Assembly: GCA_012295275.1 (NCBI GenBank)
Contig: CM022677.1
Span: forward strand, 9,424,001 to 9,488,000
Direction: 5' to 3'
DNA from: Chrysomallon squamiferum
Taxonomy: Eukaryota > Animalia > Mollusca
DNA: 64,000 nt
Shown here: piece after piece, positions 1 through 13,755 of the stretch
Layout of the letters: every line of letters begins with the position of its first letter
Numbering within the stretch: position 1 is the first letter of the stretch
The notes under the pieces: model-generated
What the model was told of the DNA's origin: nothing
What the model saw: the letters and a program-made list of their open reading frames with translations, nothing else
Databases searched by the model: none
Position numbers and translations under genes: made by a program

Positions 1-386
1 GTGTACAAAATTTAATATTGTTATGAAACACATAATAAATGATTTAATTAACAAAATAACATCTTATAAAATTGAATATTACTATAAAAACATAATAAAA
101 TATCACAGCAGAATATTAGAAGCAAAGTGAAACATCTGACTAAATTCTTTAAACACCAAATTTAGTATTCTTATAGAAACATAATAAAAATTTAACACTA
201 GAAACATATATTTTTTATTAAAAAGATAATAAAGTATTTAATATAATTGTATTCAACATAAAACATGATAAAACATAATGTGACTAAAAACAGAGACAAA
301 ATTAAAATATTCCTCAGAGTTTGTTTTTTACTTGACAGTCTCGTACGTTCTCATAAAGAGAAATGTTTGAGATGTTTGTCACTTGC

Positions 387-495
387 CTTGGCTATGGCCA
401 CCGCACAGCTGTACCCAGCGAGCTCCATCAGCTGCTCCACGGTGAAAGCATACTCCGTAAACAACTCCTCATCTATCTTCCTAGCCTCATCCTGA
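387..495 (-). CDS. NAXE: NAD(P)H-hydrate epimerase (YjeF N-terminal domain), second coding exon; gene continues off the left edge
   Basis: Reverse strand: ttttgcag|T CAG GAT...GCC AAG|gcaagt gives (S)[36 protein letters not shown], closely matching the conserved NAXE/APOA1BP segment [37 protein letters not shown]. 109 bp, phase-2 acceptor, GC donor. Confidence 0.95.
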
Positions 496-605
496 CTGCA
501 AAATTATAAATAAACAACTCAGTTAACAACACCAACAACAACAATAGTGATACAGTAGTAGTAGTAGTAGTAATAATAATAATAATAATAATGATATTAT
601 GTAAG

Positions 606-642
<37 letters not shown>

Positions 643-857
643 CAACACCAACAATAACATTGTAGTAATAATTGTAATTATAGTAATAACAACATTTTTT
701 ATAGTGGTGGTTTATAGGAAAATGTTGTTTAATTATTTATTATAATTAGCAATTATTATGTAGATTTATCCATGAATCGCACATAGTCAGATGAGAAAAC
801 TCATTAGTCAATATGATGAGACTATTAAAACAAAAAACAGAATGGAGGAAAATCTCC

Positions 858-963
858 AGGGTCAGTGCTGTGATTTGAAACAATTTAATTCACAAGAGTA
901 AAAAGAAAAATCAATGATTATGATTCCTAGTCACTAGCTGTTAACAACTGGGCTACAACACTG
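858..963 (-). mobile_element. Possible decayed tRNA-derived SINE head
   Basis: Reverse strand has an A-box-like TAGCCCAGTTGTTAAC and a B-box-like GTTTCAAATC with overlong spacing; not a functional tRNA. Confidence 0.25.
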
Positions 964-3900
964 TTATGTTGCTACTGAATATCTTGTCTACATGTAAAAC
1001 CTGAATCCTGCTGAGTTAAAATTTGTGTTTAAGCTTCCAATTTGCAATCCCGTCTGTGTAATCAAATTGTTCCTCCCATGTTGTATTGAAATCAAAATAA
1101 CCACTAACATATGTGAATTTACACTGAAAGTATATATATAGATTACAGATATTTTGCAAATTGTTTATACCAAATGGGTTGATATGTATTAAAAATAAAA
1201 TCTGTTATAGATATGTGTCATATTATATGTAAATAATATTAAAAAGAAATTATCAAATATATGACAATATGAAATTATTAAATTTAACAATTCATTAATG
1301 AACTAAAAAATAGATTTGTTTTATTAAAAATTATTAATAATACAACAAAACTTGTTTTCATTAATAACAGCTTTGACTTTGGAGAAAATTAATAACACTG
1401 ACAAAAGCCATTGAATGAAGATTTCTCATTATGTATATAACCTATGTTAATAATAATAACAAATAATAATAATAGTTATAATACTAATTTTATCAATTCA
1501 TTATTTTTCTTTCCTGTTGATGGAGAAGAATGTTAGTGATGTTTTAACTAACAAACTTGATAAAGATTATGAAAGGCAGACAACTTCTGTTATATAAAAT
1601 ACAATCAAATAAGATTAATTTTATTAAGTCATTTTTTTCTTTCCTGTTCATAAGAAGAATGATAATAATTTGTTTAATGCATACCTCTTCATCTTTGACA
1701 TTTAAAAATTACACATTTTAATGTTGTAATGTCAGATTAGACTTTTAAATGACTCCTATGTTATATTTATGCACAAATTCATTTGTAAGAAACATGCTTT
1801 CATGTTGAATACTTCTATTTGCAATGTCAAAAGGATCTTTGTGGATAGCTGTTGAAATCTGCAAATATGTTTTATTATTTGTCATTGTTTGAGATCAGTA
1901 TGTAAATTTATAATATGTAGATTTTGTTTTAATTACTTAAAAATAGTTTGGCATTGTATATTTTAGTGGAAATGTAATTACATTTAATCATTAATACATA
2001 AGCAGATACACCAAGAAAAGATATTTTTGTTTTTAATTAAAACACAATTTAAGAAAATCATTTTCTAACATACTGTTAAAACATTGCTTGTAATAATTAT
2101 TGGAAAATAAATAAATATATAAATAAATTTTGTATGATTTGTTTACATATATACTTAAAATTTTATTTAACATCATCATAATCATCATGTTTTCAAATAA
2201 CATTACTCCTAGAAGACTGAGTAATAAGCACAGAAAACTTGACTGAAACTTCAGAATTAAAAAACGACTGGCTATCAAATTGCATATTTAAATATTTTAT
2301 AATTACAATGTACAAAAAAAAAAATTTTTAAAAGTAAAAATTTGCTGGCAAAATGCTTATTTAAATATTTAAAATTTACTAAACTTTATATATAAAATGT
2401 CTAAGATTGTGTAAGGGCTGCAGACCAAGTGAATAGGTTTCCACTAAAGCCTTGAGTTCATTAATTATTTGGTAAAAATAAATGATTCATAAATGTAAAG
2501 TGAAAGCTTAGCATTCACTTAACATATAAATTATCTAACTTGGTTAAAAATCTTTCTTTGTTTTCTTTTTTATTATTTATTTCTTTTTTCTTTGTTTTGA
2601 GTTAAACAAGTTTATATCTTGAAAACCATCATAAATTTTAACAATGTCTTATGAACTGAAATGTTGCAATAACTACCAGCTGCAAACATTTTAATCCAGA
2701 ACATGCTGGAAAATAAATGGGGTGGGGTGGTTTTGAGAATGGAATGTCAAGAAATATCTTTTCAGAAGAAAATGGATAAAAAATAAAAGTTATGAAGGTA
2801 CAAAATTTTCTATTAAGTCATACGTGCTCTATAAACATTAGAAATTTTGGGTTGTGAAAAGTGATTCAGTGATAGAATTATTTTCGCATGAAAAGATTTT
2901 TAAATTTGTTTTTTTATTTACATGGGAATTTATTTTATTTAAGAATAAGGGTGACTAGAATATGTTTTATTTCATTTGTGTTCTTAGACTTTTCAGTATT
3001 TGATTTCTCTTGATGTCTCCATTACACTCTGATTTGATGATTTAATCTTGTCACTATTCCTGTTTTTCTATAGTGTTATCAGACTGGGTTTATTGTTAAT
3101 GATGTTTAGAAACTGCAATTTAGAAATATTTTAGATTTTTTATTAATAGAATAATCAGTAGTTTACTGTTTTTAGAAATATATATATATACATACACACA
3201 CATAAAGTACAAATTTTATTTTGTTATAAATTAATTTTAAAATGTTCCTATTTGCCTATTTTTGCTAATTTATTAGCAGACTGCGTCAAGTTAGTTATTC
3301 ACATTAACAAACTGGTTTGGTGTTAATAAGATTTGTGTTTAATTCTGTGATGTCTCTGGGCTGAGAGAACACCAGGCATGTCTAAAACACACTCTGCAGG
3401 CAACTCAAGTAATTTTCTCTTATTGTTTGATTAACTCCTGCCGCCAGCAAATAACTGTCATCACTTGTATGCTGTCAGAGACTTAGGAGGAATTAAATAA
3501 AAAATAAAATATCACAGAATGGATGTAATAATTATGTCCAGACAAATAAACTTCAGTTCAAACAGTAAAACAAAAATGACAAGAACCGTTTTTACTTCTT
3601 AATAACATGTTGCATACAATCCATAATTACAGCAATTTCTAAAATATAAATGACACAAAAATTACTGATTTTCATTTGCACATTACATTTCTTAATAATA
3701 TGTTGCATTTAATCCATATATAACATAACAATATATATCAATATCTTAAAACTTGAATTACCTATTTTGATTTCCACATTACATTTCTTAACAGCCCTTT
3801 GCATACTACACTATTACAATAACTTTATTGAAGACTACATTTCTCAGTAACATGTCACAAACAATCCATACATTACAATAACATCAGTATATATCAGTTT

Positions 3901-4213
3901 CTAGAAATGTTTCCATAATGTATGAGTCCTGAATACTGACTCCTAACTGACCACTTAAAGCTGCACTGAGTACATTATGCTTATGGTTCCTGTGGGAGCC
4001 GGGCTGTGTTTAAACTGATGACAGGAGAGAAGCAGTTGCTGCCTTCTCTCTCTGCTTTATTCTCACACCACATTTACATACATCTTACTCAGGAAAATGC
4101 ATCTTGTGTGTCTAAGTCTGTATATATGTATATATATGTGTCTGTGTTTGTATATATATATATGTGTCTATATATGTATATTTTGTGTATGTCTGTGTAT
4201 ACATATATATATT

Positions 4214-4256
<43 letters not shown>

Positions 4257-5769
4257 GTTTACATGTTTGTGTATGTCTCTGTGTATATCTTTGTGTGCAT
4301 TTGTATATGTGTCTGTATTTCTGTGTGTGTCTGTTATTTAATTTTTCTGATTTAATTCATCTTTTCATTAACAAATTTACTTAGAGAACAAATAAATATT
4401 CTGTAAAACAACTGAATTAACTATGTCAGGAATTAGAACAAAAAGTATGAAATGACTTTAAAAAGAAAAATATATATAAAAAAATATAAATTAAAAAAAA
4501 AATGGAATATATATTTTGTCTGTTTCAGATAATGGGAAAAGAAAAACAAATAAAATTAAAAAGAATGTTTATGTGTTTTTAATATACTGTGTAGTGTATT
4601 GTTCTACTGTTCTTTAATGTCACAAAGAAAAAGGAAGTAATAAAAGATAAATTAAAAAAGAAATAACACCAACAAAGAAAGTTGACATGCTTTAACACTG
4701 ATGATATCTGTGCTGAGATGCAAAACAGAATTTTTTTTAGTTTTAATATCGTACAGATACAATAAAATCAGTAAATAGAACTGATGTAAAGACTGAGATT
4801 TCTGTGTATTTGACCTGGTCTCTCTTGTCTCTTGTTAGAAGCAAAGTTACTCATATGTTCTGAAAGACGAGGACGAGTAAATCAAATGTTTTGTAAACGT
4901 TTTCTTTGCATTTTCACAAATGATGGCTAAGTGAGATAATTTTCACAGACATCTTTGTATAGCAGAATTATTTTATTATTATCATCTTCATAAGACCACT
5001 CCACAATCGATTAGATACTTGTTACAGAAAGAAAATGAACTAAACAAGAAAATGTGACATTCTAAAAATATTTGTGAAAAATTACAATTAAGATTTGTAA
5101 TTTATAGGTGATCAGTAGATCAGTGTAAAACAGAACAATTAGATTTATTAATCTACATGTGTGTGTGTGTGTGTGTTTTAACACATATTTGTTAATTTGC
5201 CATCATATTATGTAATTGTATTTGTAAAATGAGATATTTGTGTTTTTACATTTTAGTCATCATAAGTGAATATTATGTGAAGGCAAATGTTTTATTATAT
5301 TCTTTGTGAACAGAACAAACAAATAACAAAATTTACTAGGATTATTTCTTATCACTGAAGTTGACTATTTCTCAAGGTCACTACAAAGATTCTGGTTTGT
5401 GTTTGTAAGAATCTTGTGTCTTCCTCATCAACTGTTTCTTTTTCTTGTTTTAATCTTTCGCTTATTAATGCTTAATTAGTTATTAATGAAGAGGAAGCTA
5501 TTTTAGTCATAACGAAGGGAGATAATGGAGAAGACTTCCTGCAGGGAAATGAGGAAAGGTCAGTGAACATGAAAGTAATTACTGTAATTCTTCTGTAATG
5601 TACAGAATGCAGCAACTTGTAAAAAGTGAACAGTTTGGTACACTGCTAAAATGTAAATCAGTACAGTAATGGTATATGTTACATCAGTGTCTGTATGTGT
5701 GTGTGAACACTGATATCTTTGTGTGTACACACAAACATACCTACACACACACAGGTATGTGTATATGTA

Positions 5770-5828
<59 letters not shown>

Positions 5829-7080
5829 GCAAACACATAAGTAGCAATGTACTGATTTATTACAATAGTATTATATACTAAACATTATCAGTTTTTCTGC
5901 TGTACATGAAACCAGTCCAGATACTTTTGCTTACTCCTATTTATCTGTTTTGTAACAAGTGGTGGTGGAAGCAAAATCATTTATAACATAATAATCACTT
6001 ATAAGAAAACATCACTTAGTATTCCTAGATCAGTTCAGTGGAGAAATGTTCAAACATCTGAATCTGCTGAAGCTACTTTTCATTTTACAGAATTCAAAAA
6101 GTGTGAATGTTTCAAAACTACTGAACAAGTTTAAAAACTGAATGAAGAGAGGTAACCAGATAAAAAACTGCCAGCACATTGTCCAGTCTCCGTGATTCTG
6201 TCTGGCTCTTTCAGTGAGGTAGCAGAGAGGCAAACAACCTTGTTAACTTTGCAACATGCAGTGGAAATGAAAAGTAATTTGCTCTCAGGGTCTACAGTTT
6301 TGTGAGACTCAACTCACTTCTTTCATTAATTCACAGTTAATTAACAAAACTGTGTTGAATAATCTGAGCTACATGGCTAAAAATAATTTTATTTAATCCT
6401 TAAAAGAACAGTGCATATAACAATAATAATAATAATATTAACAGTAATAAAAACAATAATAATAGATAAATAATAATAAAATCAATACTACAATTAATAA
6501 TAATATAGCAAAACTAACAACAGTAGTAATAATAATAATAATAAAATAATACCAATAATAACATAAAAATAATCAGTTCCATTATCATCATCATTAATAA
6601 TAACATTAACATCAGTATGAATTACATTACTGAAAACGTAAATGCCATGATAATCATAATAATTGAAATAACAATAAAAGAGAAAAAACTAGATATTTTA
6701 GTCATGCCATATTAATTTCCTGAGGGAAAACATTTCAATTAACACGAAATGGAAATTTGTAGTTAGACTGGTACTAGAAATTAATTCACTTTGTTGAAAG
6801 GTTACAAATGGCTGAAATGTTTCTCTATTCATAACACTGTCTGTTTTGTCTGGTTTGCTGAAACCATGTCCAAGTTGTCAAGTTACATCAGTTCAACAAG
6901 CATTTTAAATAATTCTCTGCTAATTATTGTTACAATTATGGTTACACATCAGTGCTGAAAACTGTTTCAGAAAATCTTTAATGAAACAAGATTATAGAGA
7001 ACAACATTATAAAATACACAAACAATTCTATAAATGCCTTTATAGAAACAAATTTAATATATATCATAAGGTGAAATTCA

Positions 7081-7115
<35 letters not shown>

Positions 7116-9297
7116 CATGGAGACACAAACAAACATTGCATTTAAACACAATTTGTAGCATTTTCAAATATGTGGTATCTGAGCTCATGATTTTGTTTCA
7201 CATATGACAGGAATCTACATTAAATACTCTGCGAGGTGAACAAATCTGTCTACAAGTATTAAATGCTGACTTTTAAACAGATATGAATTGTTTTTCTAAC
7301 TCAGCACACACACGTGGTGGTTGCAAAAAGTCGTATTTTTTTATATAACAAAATGTATGGGTTTGTAGAGTACTGAATGTGGCATCATAATATCATAAGC
7401 TTACTGATTAGGTCAGTTAGAGAGTTACTGAATGGTTTCAATGTGAGCAGTGGGTGCCTCACCCAGCAGGACGTGGTTGACAACCCACCTCGACACCACG
7501 TCCAGCTGCAAGAGGGTCTTTGTAACTTGTGTGTCAATCACCTTGAGGACCACTAGAATGTGGCAGAATTTCCTCATGGTATTGGGTGCAACATTTGCCT
7601 AAACCACCAACATTAAAATCAAAGAACATTAAAAATAAAGTCTGACAAAATGTGTTTAATCTCTTTCATCGCTAATATATTTATTAATTAAAAATTATGA
7701 ATTTTTTCCTACATTCATATATGTGTGTGTTTGTGGTCAGAGATTGATAGATGCACACATACAAAAATATATACATACACATACATACATATATATATAT
7801 ATATATATGTTAATTTGTGGATTTTTGTGTTTTTCCACAGCTAGTTCATCACATACCACAGTAGATGAAGAAGTAAGAAAACTCAGTGAAAAGCTGGGGC
7901 TGCTCTGTGTTTAACTGTGTGAAGTCGTTAAATAAAATGATCCCCAATGAAATTACACTATAATCTAAAACTATGAGATCAGTTGAATCAATAACACAGT
8001 TTTGTTTTCTTAACTGACGTGTTTCTCCGTATTAATGTTGATTTTTAACCTGTAACACAGAAATGATTTCAGAATTTACATGTTTTAGGTTATAAACTAG
8101 ATAGTGGAATCAATATTGTAATAGATTTCACCTGACATATCAATTCTGAAGTCTGCCAGCTAGCCAGAGAAGAACTGATAAGAAAACATGTAAGACTTCT
8201 GTTGAAACAAACTTTAATCAAAAGTCTCACTGAAGCTGTTTTTCAAGATGTTCCTTTTAGTTCCCTCCTTTATGAAAAATACTTTGACAACATTTAATAA
8301 AAATATACATTATATGTCAGCAACATTCAGATATAAAAGTTGATCTTGAAATAGACTAAGCCACAAAAGACTGACAATGAGGAAAATGTCAGAAACATTT
8401 TGAAAATATCTTGAGATGCTATAGCCACTGGCAGACAAAGTTAATTACTTCAATTATGGCTTCAGAATGGTTATAAAATGTACGGCTTAAAGGGCCTGAA
8501 GAAAAATCACACCGAATGTTCAATTGAAATGGCTAAGGCTTTTCTGTGAATTAAATAAAATAAAAATACTTTAAACCTGATAAATATCTAAGAGATTTGC
8601 ACTTTATCTTTGAACTTAAAATTCACATTTGTATATGATGGCTGAATTTTAATGAAGAAATTTACTTTTTATTTTTTTAAAGTTATTTTTACTGACATGT
8701 ATTTATGGGTATTTAGGAAATGATAGTGAAGAAATGATGAAAAGAAAATCACAGAAAATTGGGTTATTTGTGGTTATTAGCAAATGAGAAGCTATCTTGA
8801 GTAAAAAACTGTCAGATGAGTTTAAATTTGAAAAAAAATCTTAATAAACCAAGTGGAAAAAGTAACTTTAAAAATTTAATTTTTTTTTTTTTTTATCTTT
8901 GTTAGAGAAGTTGATAGTACAAAGTCAAATTTAAAATTTTCTTTTAAATGAAATCTGAACAGTAAACTGTAAATTAAAGAAAGAAAAGAAATAATTTGCT
9001 TAGTTTCAGTTCATGCAATTTTTATAACCTTTTTGTGTTAAAAACAAACACTAGTGAATGTGAAAGTGCATGATGCCATAACAACAAGTTGTTTCTTCCC
9101 TGACGTGACACACTCACACAAAAAGTGAATAATTCTCACCATGTTTTTTGTTCCATTACATTTATCTAACACATTTATCTCACATATTGATTTTTAAATC
9201 CAGTCACTTGTTCTTTGCTTTTCTTTGTATGTGTTTGTCTCTGAATGTGTATTGTCTGTGTCTCTATGTATGTGCATGTGTATATGTTTGTATATGC

Positions 9298-9342
<45 letters not shown>

Positions 9343-10968
9343 TTCATCATACATAAACTGCTAGGTTCTTTGAGACTGAATCATGAAGGTGCAAAGAAGG
9401 CAACGAACAGTGAAACAAAATGGACATATGTGGCTGAATAAATTTGTGTTATACACACATAAATAGTTAAAGCCAGTGTTTGCCTTCAGAGATATCAGGA
9501 TATGGCAATTTGTTTCTTGATAATTTAAAATATTATTTTTTTATTTCTTTTATAAACTCATTTTTTCTATTTATTTTTCTCAAAAATTTTTCTAATATTA
9601 TTCAGATTCAATCAGATATTTTACTCATTAAGTAGAGGTTAAATATCTTTTTTTTCTGAACTAATGTTTTGGAAGGAACTGGTGAGAACATTAGATATTT
9701 TCCTAACAATCTGACAATATTTGCTTTTTGTAACCAAGATTAATGAAGAGAAAACTGAGTTTTATGAAAAATAAACAAATTTCCCAAGAGTTAAAAGTTG
9801 TGTGTGACAGGTAACCGAGTTACTATCAAGTCTTCATCTCTGCAGTCTGGAGGTGATCTCTTAACACTGACTGTCAACTGACATCAGCAAGTGTCCTGCT
9901 GAGCAAAATGTAATAATAGAGTGTTGAGAAAACACAGAGTGAAATCTCTGTAAGAAAACAGCATGTTAATAAAGCTGATTATCCAGTAAGAAAGGTGGGC
10001 TGGAATTAGGTAAGTCAGACAGGATGTGAATACAAATTCGTTGTCATGAAAACAGCGTCTTTTTCATCCACCATCTTAACAAGATTTTCTCTCTTTGATT
10101 GGATTATTGTCTTGGTTTTTAGAGGAGTCTGCTTTATGTGTCACTCGATTCAACTTTACCTTACTCTTTACACAACTAAACCTTTTATACTGATTAATCT
10201 TTGCAAATCAATACTGTTAAAAAGATCAATAAATTAACCCAGAAAATATATTAGGTTACAAATATACAGCATTGATAATATCAAGTAAAGAAAAGCAGTA
10301 ATGAGAAAATGGAACAAGAAAAGCAGTAATGAGAAAATGGAACAAGAAAAGAAAAGCAGTTTTCAGAAACAGTATCAAGTACGGATAAGCAGTATTAAGA
10401 AAATAATATCAAGTGAAGAAAAACTGAATTCAAAAAAAGGGTATCAACTAAAGAAAATCAGAATTGAGAAAAAGACATCAACAAAGGCAAAGTGGGATAA
10501 GCAACTAGAGAAAGAAAACATTTAGACACTAAATTTCTGTATTATAAAAACCCCACATGAATTATACTGAAAGGAAATTATGACATTTATAATTGATATT
10601 TTAATTAGCTTCAGTACTACACTATTCAGTTTGACAGAAAATATTTTAGAAGTTAATGAAATTTAATTTTATATTCCTGGCAAGATTTTCTTCTTACTAT
10701 TTTCTTTCTTTTATTCTATTTTGTTTGTTTAGTTTATAATTGTTGTTCAGTTTTGTGTTTTGTTTGTTAAATATTTTTAATATGAATTGAGGAACATTAG
10801 TTATTGCAGACTGTGTGATCTGAAATACGTAGTTAAGAAGTAAACTCTTTTCAGCTTTATCATCATGCCTGTCTTTCAGCCAGTGACTTCAGATGTTCAA
10901 TTGTTTTTTCAGTATTGGCCACTTCACTGTGACCTAAGCACAACACAAACTTAAACACACACACACAA

Positions 10969-11002
<34 letters not shown>

Positions 11003-11762
11003 ATATCTAAGCATATAAATACTGATTTACACACATCATTCACAGTATGTAATCATTTACCACTGCATTGAACAGTAATATGATGGAGTGTACAAGACTG
11101 TGTTACTCTCATTAACCTCTTCTGTTCTTTGTTAACCTCCTTATTAACTTATCCATTAACCAACAAAGTAAAAAACAAGAAGAGATTTATTCAGACAGAA
11201 ATGTATTTTCAAAGCTTCAGATCCAGTTTAACACTGAAATATTGCTCTGAGCTTTTTGATAAATGTAAGTTCAGAATTAGTGTTTTCAGGATAACAAAGA
11301 CACAGGTTATTTATGTGGACTTGGTCATTAATGCTGGCTCAGGAAAATATAAAATTCTTGTTACTAGCGGCAAAACCAACACATAAACTTAAAACTGAAT
11401 TATTTTATCTACAATGAGTGAATGAAACAAGATATCACGTTTAGAGCAGAACAAACAACATAGACTAAGTGTTATGTATTAGAAGAGAAATATTACTTAC
11501 CATTACCCTTTCCCCTTAATGGTTATAAATGTCTGTGTTTTCACTGATGATTTTCTCTGAGGAACAATTTCAACTTTATTTATTTATTTAGAATTAGTCT
11601 TGTTGTCGTTTGAAAACTTATCTGTTGTCAAAACAAAAATTAGTTTTAAAAAGTTTTAATTATAATTAATTTAAAAAGAAATGTACAAATTCATTTATTT
11701 ATTTGTCACTTTGTAAAAAGTTTCTGTCTGCTGTTTTATTCTCCTGTTTACACTGTAGTAGT

Positions 11763-12175
11763 TTTAAACAATGATGTTATGGTAGTTTTAAATAGACACT
11801 GATGTTACAGTAGTTTTAAATAGACACTGATGTTACAGTAGTTTTAAATAGACACTGATGTTACAGTAGTTTTAAATGGACACTGATGTTACAGTAGTTT
11901 TAAATAGACACTGATGTTACTGAAGTCTTAAGTTGACATTGGTGTATTTTTAAATACATACTGATGTTAGATTTTTTTAAATTGTCAACACTGCAGTTTT
12001 AAATAGATACTGATGATACTGTAGTTTTAAATAGATAATAATGCAGTTTTGAATAGATATGGATGTTACTGTACTTTTAAATAGATAATAATGCAGTTTT
12101 AAATATGTATGAATGTTACTGTAGTTTTAAATAGATAATAATGCAGTTTTAAATAGATATGAATGTTACTGTAGT
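11763..12175. repeat. 28-bp minisatellite (TAGTTTTAAATAGACACTGATGTTACAG), degenerating 3'
   Basis: About 5 near-perfect copies 11783-11920, followed by diverged copies. Confidence 0.9.
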
Positions 12176-13056
12176 TGCAGTTAATTTTTCTGTCAATAAA
12201 TAAATACAGAGCTTTAAAAAGAGACATCAGAATTCAAATGTAAAAAGAAGATTATTCTATTAACAAACTACTTTATTGAAAAAAACATGAAATAACCAGC
12301 TAAAAGAGAAAATAAGCCATTAAACAATGAACTGTATGTTTACATATGGACTTGGATAATGATGGAAAACATCCATGTGATAATAACTATTCTGCTGATG
12401 AAATTACATACTCATCGGAAGATGAGCTAAATGATCTGCTGAACATATGACAAATACACCAACACTGACAAGAACTAAAAATGTAAACATATTTATGTTA
12501 TTTACTAAAGATGTGAGCTGACAGTCAGGATAAAGTGAAATTTGATTTGGGTCTTAAAGGAGGTTATATGAAGATTTGTAATAGAATTTTACGTAAATAG
12601 AAAATATTTTACATCTAAAATCTTGATATGTCAGTTATGGGGGTAATCATTTTTAATTCAGAATAAAATGTGTTCCACTGATAAGAATTGATCCCAGAGT
12701 TCCTGTCATTAGATGTGAATATTTTCTAATTATCTTGAATGGAGTACCAAATGTGGAAAAATGTCGGAACTTTAATGTGGCATTTGTGTGTGAGAGTAAA
12801 CAATGTCTCCAGTCTGCAGGGACCAGCCAGTCAAATGACAGTGTGTGATTATAAAGACAAATGGTGATGATAAATCTGATATCAAACTATCTGTGAGGGA
12901 ATAAAAACCAGTATTCCACCATGCCTCATTACCTGCACTATTTGTAAGCAAATGAGTTGGAAATATCTTAAGGGAGTTAGACATATGACATGTGTCCAGA
13001 AACAATAAGAGAAAAATAGCTCAGAAACTGTGACGCTCTCTCTTTCTGTCTGTCTT

Positions 13057-13115
<59 letters not shown>

Positions 13116-13755
13116 ACATACACACAGACAACACATATGCACACATGCATACACAAAGCCACCCATAAACACACATACACACACACACACACACACATAC
13201 AAACACATATACTCACAGCCATTAGGATAATTCTTTTGTCAAAGTATCTGTGTGTGTGTTTTTGTATGTAACTGAGTACGTATGTGTGTGTGAATGCATT
13301 TATATAATGTTTATATATTAAGGAAATCGTTACAATAGTTCTTCTGCTTCTATCTTTGGAGCGCAGTCAAAAAAAATAAAAAAATAAAAAATAATAAAAA
13401 ATATTAATCCATCAATATTAAAATATTTTCCTATACTTTATGGATTTGGTTGACTTTAAAATGTTATGTACAAATTATGTGTGCAATAATTTTGTCCCCC
13501 CCCATCATCTGCATTAAAACAAATGTCTGTCTTTTCAATATTTTCCAATTTTTAAATACAAATTAATTTTCTGGATGAAAGTAACATCCTTTGAAATGTC
13601 ACGAGCTTTTCACTCAAAGAAAAAAACAAAAGGTTATTTTTAGCTAAAGAGTTCCGATGCTTTGATTAAAACATGTTGAAAACTCTTTGATGTTGATTAA
13701 AGATGTGAGTGAGGAAATGTCACAGTTGAGATGACAAGCAGTGAGTATAGGTGAG

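Noticed and set aside
265-495. Plus-strand 76-aa ORF
   Set aside because: Antisense shadow of the NAXE exon.
10288-10525. Lys/Glu-rich 74-aa ORF
   Set aside because: Derived from a degenerate purine-rich ~28-bp tandem repeat.
12347-12450. Acidic mini-ORF MDLDNDG...SSEDELNDLLNI
   Set aside because: Too short, no splice context; at most an unassignable transposon remnant.
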